A DNA stretch of 64,000 nt from Planctomycetota bacterium (GCA_026004615.1 BPJM01000001.1:763482-827481); one strand, 5' to 3'; numbered from the stretch's first letter, positions 27,439 through 36,926 are shown. Notes: generated by a model not told the origin, from the sequence alone. Program-made: numbers and translations.

Positions 27439-27468
27439 TATCTAGCGATGTTCGCGAGCGGTTGTCAA
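27439..27468 (-). promoter_or_regulatory. sigma70-like promoter for the FHA coiled-coil gene (TTGACA-18-TAGATA)
   Basis: The reverse strand reads TTGACA (27468-27463), an 18-nt spacer, then TAGATA (27444-27439), about 80 nt upstream of ATG 27358. The -10 region overlaps a short inverted repeat (cgcta-tc-tagcg). Motif match only. Confidence 0.4.
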
Positions 27469-27538
27469 CCCGCTCAGCGAGGCGGCGCGCAGCCGGCGGC
27501 CGCTGGCCCTGCGGGGTTCGCACCGAGGCTGGGCCGCG

Positions 27539-27567
27539 TTGACCGTGCCGGGGCGCCCGACTACGAT
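27539..27567 (+). promoter_or_regulatory. sigma70-like promoter for the acyltransferase-epimerase pair (TTGACC-17-TACGAT)
   Basis: TTGACC at 27539-27544, a 17-nt spacer, then TACGAT at 27562-27567. It is divergent from the promoter at 27439-27468. Motif match only. Confidence 0.35.
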
Positions 27568-27599
27568 GGCGGCGGTTGCTCGGGGGTCGCCCGATTCCG

Positions 27600-28445
27600 A
27601 TGCCGCTCTACTTCGGCGTCCAGAGGCTGGTGCGGCGCGCGCTCGACCGCCTGGTCGATGCGCGGGCGGCGGCGCGCCTGCGCGAGATCCCCAATCGCCT
27701 CAACGAGTATGGCTACGACGCGTGGGGCTTCAATCCGGAGTGGGCGAAATACTTCTTCACCATCGCGGCGTGGCTGTACCGGTACTACTGGCGCGTGGAG
27801 GTGCACGGCATCGAGCACGTGCCGCGCGGGCGGGTGCTGCTGATCGCCAACCACGGCGGGCAGTTGCCGGCGGACGGCTTCATGCTGGCGACGGCCCTGC
27901 TCCTGGAGGGCCGGCCGCCCCGGCTGGTGCGCGGGATGGCGGAGCGATGGTTCCCGACCCTGCCGTTTTTCAGCTGGGCCATGCCGCGCTTCGGCCAGGT
28001 CGTCGGCAATCCCCACAACTGCGTGAAGCTGCTCGAGAACGAAGAGGCGGTGATGGTCTTCCCGGAGGGCGTGCGCGGCTCGGGCAAGCTGTTCCGGGAC
28101 CGGTACCGGCTCATGGAGTTCGGGCACGGCTTCATGCGGCTGGCGCTGCGCACCCGCACCCCGATCGTGCCGGTCGGCATCATCGGCAGCGAGGAACAGG
28201 CGCCCTCTTTCGCCGATCTCAAGCCCCTGGCCCGGCTGCTCGGCTTTCCGTACTTCCCGCTGGGGCCGACGCTCGGGCTGCCCCTGCCGACCAAGTACCG
28301 GATCTACCTGGACGAGCCGCTGGTGTTCGAAGGCGATCCGGACGAGCCGGACCGGGAGATGGCGAAGAAGGTCGAGGTCGTCAAGGCGAAGATCGCGCGG
28401 CTGTTGCACTACGGGCTGGCGAGTCGCAAGGCGGTGTTCTGGTGA
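27600..28445 (+). CDS. lysophospholipid / 1-acyl-sn-glycerol-3-phosphate acyltransferase family protein
   Basis: ORF 27576..28445. I prefer ATG 27600 (MPLYFGVQRL) because the predicted transcription start is near 27574. Motifs are LLIANHGGQLPADG (acyltransferase His/Asp block), VMVFPEGVRGSGK and PIVPVGIIGSEE. Confidence 0.8.
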   Translation: MPLYFGVQRLVRRALDRLVDARAAARLREIPNRLNEYGYDAWGFNPEWAKYFFTIAAWLYRYYWRVEVHGIEHVPRGRVLLIANHGGQLPADGFMLATALLLEGRPPRLVRGMAERWFPTLPFFSWAMPRFGQVVGNPHNCVKLLENEEAVMVFPEGVRGSGKLFRDRYRLMEFGHGFMRLALRTRTPIVPVGIIGSEEQAPSFADLKPLARLLGFPYFPLGPTLGLPLPTKYRIYLDEPLVFEGDPDEPDREMAKKVEVVKAKIARLLHYGLASRKAVFW

Positions 28446-29626
28446 GCGCGGGCCATTCGGAGCGGACACCACGGCTGGAGGCGAACGGCGCGGCGGCCGG
28501 CGCCGGTGCCGCCGGGGGCCAGCCCGCCGCGGCTCCGGGCGGGACTCGGGCGGCAGCCGAGCGCGGCAGCGAGGGCGCGCCCGGGGGCGATGCCGGGGGC
28601 GCGGCGCGGGGCGAGCCTTCGCGCGAGCAGCGGCTCGCGGCGGCGTTCGTGCCGCCCATGCCGGGCGTGCTGGAGGCAGCGCCGCGCACCGGCCGCCGGC
28701 GGCTGCTGATCACCGGTATCTCCGGCGGTCTGGGCAAGGTCGTCTTCCGCCAGCTGCGCGAGCGCAAGCACGACGTCGACATCGTGGGACTGGCGCGTTC
28801 GCCGTTGCACGACGTCTTCCGCGGCGAGGTCGAGATGCACGTGGTGGACCTCACCCAGAACCGCGCCGAGGACGTCTTCCGCGAGGGCGAGTTCGACACG
28901 GTGGTGCACCTGGCGTTCGAGGATGACCCCCGGCGGCCGGCCGCCGAGCGTTACAAGGGCAACGTGATCGGCACCATGCGGCTTCTCGATTGGTGCGCGC
29001 GCTATGCGGTGCGCAAGGTCGTCGTGGCCACCAGCGCCATGGTCTACGGGGCACACCCGGACAACCCGACCCTGATCGACGAGGACATGCCGACGCGGGC
29101 GGACCAGAACTGGTCGATGCTGCGCGACCTGGTCGAGGCCGACCGCTATGTGGTGGCATGGATGTGGAAGTACCCCGAGGTCGAGACCACCCTGTTGCGC
29201 CCGGTCCACGTGCTCGGCCCGACGGTGGCGAGCGCCTTCCAGTTCTACCTGACGCGCCCGCTGGTACCGGTGATCGCGGGCTTCGATCCCATGACCCAGG
29301 TCGTGCACGAGCAGGACGTGGCGCGGGCGGTGGTGCTGGCGGTGGACAGCGAGGCCTGGGGCGTGTTCAACATCGTCGGGCCCGGGGCGCTGCCGGTGCA
29401 GGAGATCCTGGAGCAGATCGGGGCCGAGGTCGCGCCCCTGTCCACCACCGCCGTGCGGGCGCTGTTCCACGCGCTGTGGCGGCTCAAGCTGGTGCCGCTC
29501 TCTCCGCATCTCGTCGACTTCTTGCGCTACCCGCTGGTGGTCAGCGGCGACAAGGCGGAGCAGCAGCTGGGCTACCGGCCGCGCATCCCGCTCGCCGACA
29601 CCCTCGCCAGCGTGCGCTGGCGCTAG
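28442..29626 (+). CDS. NAD-dependent epimerase/dehydratase family (extended SDR) protein
   Basis: A GTG at 28442 overlaps the upstream TGA (GTGA coupling), in frame with ORF 27539..29626. A Gly/Ala-rich leader is followed by the Rossmann motif LLITGISGGLGKV. Later blocks are VVHLAF, VVVATSAMVYGAHPDNP and FNIVGPG. An internal start (MPGVLEAAP, near 28660) is also possible. Confidence 0.75.
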   Translation: MSAGHSERTPRLEANGAAAGAGAAGGQPAAAPGGTRAAAERGSEGAPGGDAGGAARGEPSREQRLAAAFVPPMPGVLEAAPRTGRRRLLITGISGGLGKVVFRQLRERKHDVDIVGLARSPLHDVFRGEVEMHVVDLTQNRAEDVFREGEFDTVVHLAFEDDPRRPAAERYKGNVIGTMRLLDWCARYAVRKVVVATSAMVYGAHPDNPTLIDEDMPTRADQNWSMLRDLVEADRYVVAWMWKYPEVETTLLRPVHVLGPTVASAFQFYLTRPLVPVIAGFDPMTQVVHEQDVARAVVLAVDSEAWGVFNIVGPGALPVQEILEQIGAEVAPLSTTAVRALFHALWRLKLVPLSPHLVDFLRYPLVVSGDKAEQQLGYRPRIPLADTLASVRWR

Positions 29627-29816
29627 CGCCCCGACCCGCCTGCGCCCCTGGCTGCGATCGGGGGGCGCAGCGGGCAGGCGGGCGGTACGCGCGACGGAGC
29701 TGGCAGGTAGGATCGCGGCAGCGGGCCGCCACTTCGCGGGCTGCCCGCGGGCGCGGTGCGCGCGGTGGTCAACTCCGGGCCGCGCGCGGCGTCCGGGATG
29801 GTGGCGGGCCGGGCGC

Positions 29817-32220
29817 GTGGCCGGCGGCGGAGCTGGAGCAGGCGTGGCGAAGCGGGAGCAGAGCGGGTGCGGAGGCGCGCGCGCGGCGGCGGCAGCAGCA
29901 GCGCGCGAGCAGGTCTGCGGGGTGGTCGAGCGCGTCAGCTACCACGACGAGGCGAGCCAGTTCACCGTCGCCCGGCTGCGGTGCGACGAGGGCGGGGCGA
30001 GCAGCGAGCGGGCGGTGGGCGGCGGTGGCGGGGGCGGGGGCGCGCGGGCCGCCGTCACCATCGTCGGTCGCATGCCGGCGCTCCAGGAGGGGGAATGGGT
30101 GCAGTGCGAGGGCCGCTTCGTCGATGACCCGCAGTGGGGCCGGCAGTTCCAGGTCACCAGCTGCGAGGTCGCCTCGCCCACGACCGCCCACGGCATCCAG
30201 CGCTACCTCGGATCGGGGCTGGTCAAGGGGGTGGGACCGGAGCTGGCGCGCCGGATCGTCGAGCGGTTCGGCGAGCGCACCCTGCAGGTGCTCGAGACCG
30301 AGCCCGAGCGGCTGCGCGAGGTGGAGGGGATCGGGCGCAAGCGGCAGCGCCAGCTCATCGAGGCGTGGAACGAGCACCGCGCGCTGCGCCGCATCATGGT
30401 CTTTTTGCGGGGCCACGGCATCGGGGCAGCGCACGCCATGCGCGTGTGGCGGAGCTACGGCGAGGCGGCGATCGAGCGCGTCCGCGAAAACCCCTACCGG
30501 CTGGCGGCGGAGATCTGGGGGATCGGCTTCGGGACGGCGGACCGGCTGGCGCGCGCGCTCGGGGTGCCGGCGGATGCGCCGGCGCGTGCCGAGGCGGGGC
30601 TGCGGCACGCGCTGGAGCGCGCGGCGGACGAGGGACATGTATGCGTGCCGCGCCAGGAGCTGCTCGTGCGCGCGACGGAGCTGCTGGGGGTCGGCACCGA
30701 GGGGTTGGAGCAGGCGCTCGACCGGCTGGTCGCCGCCGGCGCGGTGCGGCAGGAGGCGCCGGGCTCGTCCGGCCCGCACGTCTATCTCTGCCATCTTCAC
30801 GCCGCCGAATGCGGACTCGCCGAGCGGCTGGCGGCGCTGCAGCGCGCGCCCTCGGCGCTGCCGCCGATCCGGGTGCCCGAGGCCATCGCGTGGGTGGAGC
30901 AGCGGCGCGGGGTGGTGCTGGCCCCCAGCCAGCGGCACGCGCTCGCGCTCGCGCTCGGCAGCAAGGTGTGCGTGGTGACGGGAGGACCGGGTGTCGGCAA
31001 GACCACGATCGTGGCCTGCCTGCTCGAGATCGTGCGCGCCAAGCGGGGGCGGGTGCGGCTGGCGGCGCCGACCGGGCGCGCCGCCAAGCGGCTGCAGGAG
31101 GCTACGGGCCACGAGGCGATGACGGTCCACCGGCTGCTGCGCTGGAACCCGCGCGCCCGCGACTTCGAGTATGGGCCGGAGCACCCCCTGCCGGACTGCG
31201 ACCTGCTGGTGCTGGACGAGACCTCGATGGTGGACGTGCTGCTCATGCACCGGCTGTTGCTCGCGCTGCCGGCAGCGGCCCATCTGGTGCTGGTGGGTGA
31301 TCGGGACCAGCTGCCCTCGGTCGGTCCCGGCAGCGTGCTCGCCGACATCATCGCCTCGGGCGCGGTGCCGGTGGCACGGCTGACCGAGGTCCACCGCCAG
31401 GCAGCGGGCTCGGCCATCGTGGCGGGGGCGCATGCGGTGAATCGGGGCGAGCTGCCGGCGCTGCGCGAACTGGGAGCGGGCGCGGATCTGTGCTTCGTCG
31501 AGGCCGGCCGGCCCGAGCTGGCCCTGGCGGCGATCTGCGACCTGGTGGCGCGCGTGTTGCCGGGTCGCTTCGGGCTCGACCCGGTGCGCGACATCCAGGT
31601 ACTGGCACCCATGCACCGCGGTGCGTGCGGGGTGCAGGCGATCAACGAGCGGCTGGGCGAGGTGCTGCGTCCGGCGGGGGCCGCGGGCGGGGGGGGTGGC
31701 CGGGCGGGCGATCGTGCGGCAGGGACGGCGCTTCGCCCGCGGCACCAAGGTCATCCAGCTCCGCAACGACTACGACCGCGACGTGTACAACGGCGACATC
31801 GGGGTGGTGGCACGGGTGGACCCCGAACAGGACGAGCTGGAGGTGGCGTTCGACGATCGGCGCCTGCGCTACGCCGGCTCCGATCTCGATCAGCTCGACC
31901 TGGCGTTCGCGGTCTCGATCCACAAGAGCCAGGGCAGCGAGTATCCCTGCGTGGTGGTGCCGCTGCTGACGCAGCACTACATGATGCTGCAGCGCAATCT
32001 GCTCTACACGGCGATCACGCGCGGGCGGCGGCTGGCGGTGCTGGTGGGCCAGCGGCGGGCGGTCGTGATCGCGGTGCGCAACGACCGCACGCAGCGCCGC
32101 GGCTCGTTCCTCGACGTGCGGCTGGCGGCGGCCGTGGCGGCGGGACCCGGCCTGGTGGCAGGCGCGGGCGCGCCGGCACGAGCAGGGCCGGGGGCGGCCG
32201 GGGCTGGGGGCGCGCAATGA
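29817..32220 (+). pseudogene. recD2: RecD2-type SF1 DNA helicase (ATP-dependent RecD-like), one frameshift at a G8 run as assembled
   Basis: ORF 29817..32267 holds the N-terminal OB-like part, HhH (GVGPELARRIV), Walker A (VVTGGPGVGKTT), LLVLDETSMVD and LVLVGDRDQLPSVGPG. After the G8 run at 31689-31696 the true frame moves to ORF 31621..32220. That frame reads GTKVIQLRNDYDRDVYNGDIGVV, AFAVSIHKSQGSEY and LLYTAITRGRRLAVLVG. The exact start (GTG 29817) is uncertain. Confidence 0.8.
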
Positions 32221-32236
32221 CACGGTGGTGCGCGTC

Positions 32237-32265
32237 TTGCGCGGTGTCGGGCCGGCGGATAATAT
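32237..32265 (+). promoter_or_regulatory. sigma70-like promoter for rho (TTGCGC-17-TAATAT)
   Basis: TTGCGC at 32237-32242, a 17-nt spacer, then TAATAT at 32260-32265. It lies about 50 nt upstream of GTG 32319, which is preceded by GGAGG at 32309-32313. Motif match only. Confidence 0.35.
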
Positions 32266-32318
32266 GAAGCCGAGTTCCAACCGCATCGCAGCCACCCTTC
32301 CCTCTGGCGGAGGCCCAC

Positions 32319-34083
32319 GTGGCGGAGGCGCAGTCCAAACCGTCACCCGACGGCGCGGCAATCGACCAGCAGTCCGGCGCGGCGCGTGCCGGTGTGGAGG
32401 CGGCGCCCGGGGGCGCGGAGGCGGCGCCGGCAGGCAAGGGGGAGGTGGGCCCGCCGTCGGGTGAGCCCGGCGCGGAGCCGGGGGCTTCGGGGCGTGGCCG
32501 CCGCCGCCGTCGGCGCGGTCGGGCAGGCGGGCTCGCGGTGCAAGGCGAGGAAGAACGGCAGGTCATGGAAGAGCGCAGGGACGGGGCGAGGCCCCAGGAC
32601 AGCACGGATCAGGACCGGGAGGGCACCACGGTGGCGGCTGCGGCCGAGAGCGCCGAGGCCGGCGAGCGAGGCGCGCGCGAGGAGCGGCGCGGACGGCGCG
32701 GCCGGGGCCGCCGGGAGCGGGGCCACCAGCGGGGCGAGCGGCCAGAGCGAACCGAGCGGTCGGAGTCAGCCGACGGCGAGGAGGCGGCAGGTGGCGGGGT
32801 CGCGGCGGAGGCGCTGCCCGAGATCCGGATCGCGGACCTGCACCACATGTCGGTCAAGCAGCTCATCGAGCTGGCGAAGAGCGAGGGGGTGCAGGATACC
32901 GGCGGGCTCAACAAGTCCGATCTGATCAACAAGATACTGCGCGAGCGGGTGCGCAAGCGGGGCAGCCTCTACGGCGAGGGCGTGCTCGAGGTCCTGCCCG
33001 ACGGGTTTGGCTTCTTGCGCTCCGCGGAGTACAGCTATCTCGCCTCGCCGAACGACATCTACGTCTCGCCGTCGCCAGATCCGGCGCTTCGGCCTGCGCA
33101 CCGGCGACACCGTCGCGGGCCAGATCCGCCCGCCCGAAGGACTCGGAGCGCTACTTCGCGCTGCTCAAGGTCGAGGCGGATCAACGGCGAGGACCCGGAG
33201 CGGCCCGCGACCGGATGCTCTTCGACAACCTGACGCCCGCTCTACCCCAACCGAGCGCCTCAACCTCGAGGTGGGACGCCGACCAACTACTCGATGCGGA
33301 TCATCGACCTGCTGACCCCGATCGGGAAGGGGCAGCGCGGCCTCATCGTCGCGCCGCCGCGCACCGGGCAAGACGGTGCTCCTGCAGAAGATCGCCAACG
33401 CCATCACCACCAACCACCCCGAGGTGTCCTCATCGTGCTGCTGATCGACGAGCGGCCCGAGGAGGTCACCGACATGAAGCGCTCGGTGCAGGGGCGAGGT
33501 GATCTCCTCGACCTTCGACGAGCCGGCCCAGCGCCACGTCCAGGTGGCCGAGATGGTGATCGAGAAGGCCAAGCGCCTCGTCGAGCACGGCAAGGACGTG
33601 GTGATCCTGCTCGACTCCATCACCCGCCTCGCCCGCGCCTACAACACCGTGGTGCCCGCACTCGGGCAAGATCCTCTCGGGCGGCGTGGACTCCAACGCC
33701 CTGCACACGCCCAAGCGCTTCTTCGGCGCGGCCCGCAACATCGAGGAGGGCGGCTCGCTCACCATCATCGCCACCGCGCTCATCGACACCGGCTCCGCAT
33801 GGACGAGGTGATCTTCGAGGAGTTCAAGGGCACCGGCAACATGGAGCTCCACCTCGACCGGCGCCTGGCCGACGGCGGATCTTCCCGGCGATGGACATCC
33901 AGCGCTCGGCACCCGGAAGGAGGAGCTCCTGCTGCCCCCAGGAGCTCAACCGCGTGTGGGTGCTGCGCAAGGTGCTCTCGGCCGCTGAACCCGGTCGACG
34001 CCATGGAGTTCCTGCTCGACAAGATGCGAAGACCAAGTCGAACGCCGAGTTCCTGATGACCCTCTCGCCGGCCGCCCGCCTGA
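32319..34083 (+). pseudogene. rho: transcription termination factor Rho with a ~165-aa Arg/Gly/Glu-rich N-terminal extension; riddled with about 17 single-base indels as assembled
   Basis: Rho segments appear in all three forward frames (ORFs 32319..33233, 33007..33315, 33294.., 33499..34056). Early and central blocks: [99 protein letters not shown]. Late blocks: [89 protein letters not shown]. The 3' end is approximate because the stop is not recoverable with certainty. Confidence 0.85.
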
Positions 34084-34224
34084 GGCGACGGCGCTGCCCG
34101 GCGGCACCTGGAGCGGGGGGGAGCCGGGAATGGCCCGCGGCCTGGCCGGCCTTTGCCGTGCCGGTTGCGCTGCTCACCGCGCCGCGAGCGACCGGCTCGC
34201 GTGCGGTCCTCGCCCGGGTGCCGA

Positions 34225-34253
34225 TGGACAGCGGCCCGGCCGCTGACTACACT
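34225..34253 (+). promoter_or_regulatory. sigma70-like promoter for the PAP2 gene (TGGACA-17-TACACT)
   Basis: TGGACA at 34225-34230, a 17-nt spacer, then TACACT at 34248-34253. Downstream lie GGAGG (34278-34282) and GTG 34290. Motif match only. Confidence 0.3.
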
Positions 34254-34289
34254 CTGCGCTCTGCGGGCCCCGGGGGTGGAGGGGGCGAG

Positions 34290-35110
34290 GTGGACCACGA
34301 CCGGTCAGGGCACGGCGAGGGCGCGATCGCCGAGGCGGTGGCGCCGGCCCTGCGAGAACGAGGAGAACCTCGGCAAGCGGCTGGCGCTGATCGGCAGCGC
34401 GGTCGCGGTGATCTGCCTGTACTTCGTGATCAACCGCTATTCGGTCGGCCGCCCCTCGTGGACGGTGGCGCTGCCGATCGACGAGCGGATCCCATTCGTG
34501 CCCTGGTGGCAGATCTTCTACTTCGGCTATCTGTTCTTCCTGCTCATCCCCGTGGTGCAGATCCGGGACCTGGGGTTGTTGCGCCGCGTGGTAGTGGCGT
34601 TCGTCTTCGTGCAGCTGGTGGCGTACGCGGTGTTCCTGCTCATGCCCGGTGCGCATGGAACGTCCGTACGACTTTCCGCTCGATGGCTTCTGGGCGTGGG
34701 GGGTGGCGTTCACCTACGCCATGGACCCGCCCTACAACGCCTTCCCCTCCCTCCATCTGGGCAATGCCGTGCTGACGGCGCTGGTGGCCTGGCGGCTCGA
34801 TCGGGCGGCGGGCGTGCCGTTTCTGCTCGGGGCGTTTCTGATCGCGCTGTCGACGCTGTTCACCAAGCAGCACTACGTGCTGGACGTGGTGGCGGGAGCG
34901 GCGCTCGCCTACGCGAGCTATCGGCTGTTCGTGCGCGAATGCGGTGAGCGACCCGGTGGACCGCACCCTGCTCTATCCGCGGCGCTACCTGCTCGTGGTC
35001 CCGGCGCTGTACGGCGCGGTGCTCGCTCGTCTTCTACGCGCTCTACCGCCTGGGCTGGCAGCCCTTCGAGTGGCCGCTGGAGCGCTGGGACGGTCGCGGC
35101 GGGCGGCTGA
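34290..35110 (+). pseudogene. PAP2-superfamily membrane protein (PAP2_C / phosphosphingolipid-synthase-like), about 4 frameshifts as assembled
   Basis: Segments lie in three frames. They are [25 protein letters not shown]...[22 protein letters not shown]...[16 protein letters not shown] and [45 protein letters not shown]...FTKQHYVLDVVAGAALAYASYRLF, then DPVDRTLLYPRRYLLVVPALYGAVLA. Shifts fall near 34335, 34645, 34940 and 35025. Both ends are approximate, and the 3' end runs into repeat array A. Confidence 0.5.
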
Positions 35111-35200
35111 GCGCGGTACGGCGGGCCTGCCTGGCGGGTCCAGTCCCGGGCCGGACCCGCCGCCGCACACCGCGCCGGGGCGCCGCCACCTCGTCGGTCG

Positions 35201-36852
35201 CTCTCCCCTCCGGGCAGAGAGTCGGACACCTTCTGGCTCCCTCTCCCCTCCGGGCAGAGGGCCGGACACCTTCTGGCTCCCTCTCCTCTCCGGGGAGAGG
35301 GTCGGACACCTTCTGGCTCCCTCTCCCCTCCGGGGAGAGGGGTCGGACACGTTCTGGCTCCCTCTCCTCTCCGGGGAGAGGGTCGGACACCTTCTGGCTC
35401 CCTCGCCCCTCCGCGCAGAGGATCGGACACCTTCTGGCTCCCTCTCCCCTCCGGGGAGAGGGTCGGGGTGAGGGGGCGGGGCGTACTGGCTCCGCTCTGC
35501 GAGTCCCCCCTCACCCTAGCCCTCTCCCCCGCTTGCGGGGGAGAGGGGATCCAGAGGGGAGCGCCCTTTTTTTCTCCCTCGCCCCTCCGGGCAGAGGGTC
35601 GGACGCCTTCTGACTCCCTCGCCCCTCCGGGCAGAGGATCGGACGCCTTCTGGCTCCCTCGCCCCTCCGGGCAGAGGGCCGGACACCTTCTGGCTCCCTC
35701 TCCCCCTCCGGGGAGAGGGTCGGGGTGAGGGGGCAGGGCATACTGGCTCCGCTCTGCGAATCCCCCTCACCCTAGCCCTCTCCCCCGCTTGCGGGGGAGA
35801 GGGGATCCAGAGGGGAGCGCCCTTTTTTTCTCTCTCGCCCCTCCGGGCAGACGGCCGGACACCTTCTGGCTCCCTCTCCCCTCCGGGGAGAGGGTCGGGG
35901 TGAGGGGACAGGGCGTACTGGCTCCGCTCTGCGAGTCCCCCTCACCCTAGCCCTCTCCCCCGCTTGCGGGGGAGAGGGGATCCAGAGGGGAGCGCCCTTT
36001 TTTTCTCTCTCGCCCCTCCGGGCAGAGGGTCGGACGCCTTCTGACTCCCTCGCCCCTCCGGGCAGAGGATCGGACGCCTTCTGGCTCCCTCGCCCCTCCG
36101 GGCAGAGGGCCGGACACCTTCTGGCTCCCTCTCCCCTCCGGGGAGAGGGTCGGGGTGAGGGGGCAGGGCGTACTGGCTCCGCTCTGCGAGTCCCCCTCAC
36201 CCTAGCCCTCTCCCCCGCTTGCGGGGGAGAGGGGATCCAGAGGGGAGCGCCCTTTTTTTCTCTCTCGCCCCTCCGGGCAGAGGATCGGACGCCTTCTGGC
36301 TCCCTCGCCCCTCCGGGCAGAGGATCGGACGCCTTCTGGCTCCCTCGCCCCTCCGGGCAGAGGGCCGGACACCTTCTGGCTCCCTCTCCCCTCCGGGGAG
36401 AGGGTCGGGGTGAGGGGGCAGGGCATACTGGCTCCGCTCTGCGAGTCCCCCTCACCCTAGCCCTCTCCCCCGCTTGCGGGGGAGAGGGGATCCAGAGGGG
36501 AGCGCCCTTTTTCTCCCTCGCCCCTCCGGGCAGAGGGTCGGACGCCTTCTGGCTCCCTCGCCCCTCCGGGCAGAGGATCGGACGCCTTCTGGCTCCCTCT
36601 CCCCTCCGGGGAGAGGGTCGGGGTGAGGGGGCGGGGGGGCGTACTGGCTCCGCTCTGCGAGTCCCCCTCACCCTAGCCCTCTCCCCCGCTTGCGGGGGAG
36701 AGGGGATCCAGAGGGGAGCGCCCTTTTTCTCCCTCGCCCCTCCGGGCAGAGGGTCGGACACCTTCTGACTCCCTCTCCCCTCCGGGCAGAGGGCCCGGAC
36801 ACCTTCTGGCTCCCTCTCCCCTCCGGGGAGAGGGTCGGGGTGAGGGGGCGGG
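35201..36852. repeat. repeat array A: modular nested-palindrome array (six 28-nt perfect palindromes, 40-bp hairpin units, T5-7 runs, inverted 12-mers)
   Basis: The 28-mer ccctctcccccgcttgcgggggagaggg occurs at 35520, 35776, 35951, 36206, 36471 and 36677. ggggtgaggg(g/a)(g/a) occurs 7 times, each followed after about 29 nt by ccccctcaccctag. The 40-bp unit ctc(t/g)cccctccggg(c/g)agagg..cggac.ccttctg.ctcc occurs in runs of 6, 3, 1, 3, 3, 2 and 2 copies. Confidence 0.95.
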
Positions 36853-36926
36853 GCCGCCGCTGGAATACCCCGCTCGTGCTCGCGGATACTGCATCGACGA
36901 CGGACGCAGGCCGGGGGCGCGAGGCG

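Noticed and set aside
32319-34083. Treating rho as an ancient, naturally decayed pseudogene
   Set aside because: About 17 indels are present, yet every inter-indel peptide block still matches highly conserved Rho motifs, and the promoter and SD look intact. Real decay should show many substitutions as well. Local sequence error is the better explanation, but I cannot prove it without reads.
35201-36852. CRISPR array interpretation of array A (and likewise arrays B, C and D), since regular about 40-bp repeats could trigger CRISPR finders
   Set aside because: The 40-bp units are directly abutting tandem copies with no unique spacers. The material between the conserved hairpins is itself repeated. 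No cas genes occur in the window.
36861-36900. ECF-type autoregulated promoter (GGAATA ... ) upstream of the ECF sigma gene
   Set aside because: Only a GGAAT-like -35 could be seen. No convincing CGTC-type -10 lies at 16-17 nt spacing.
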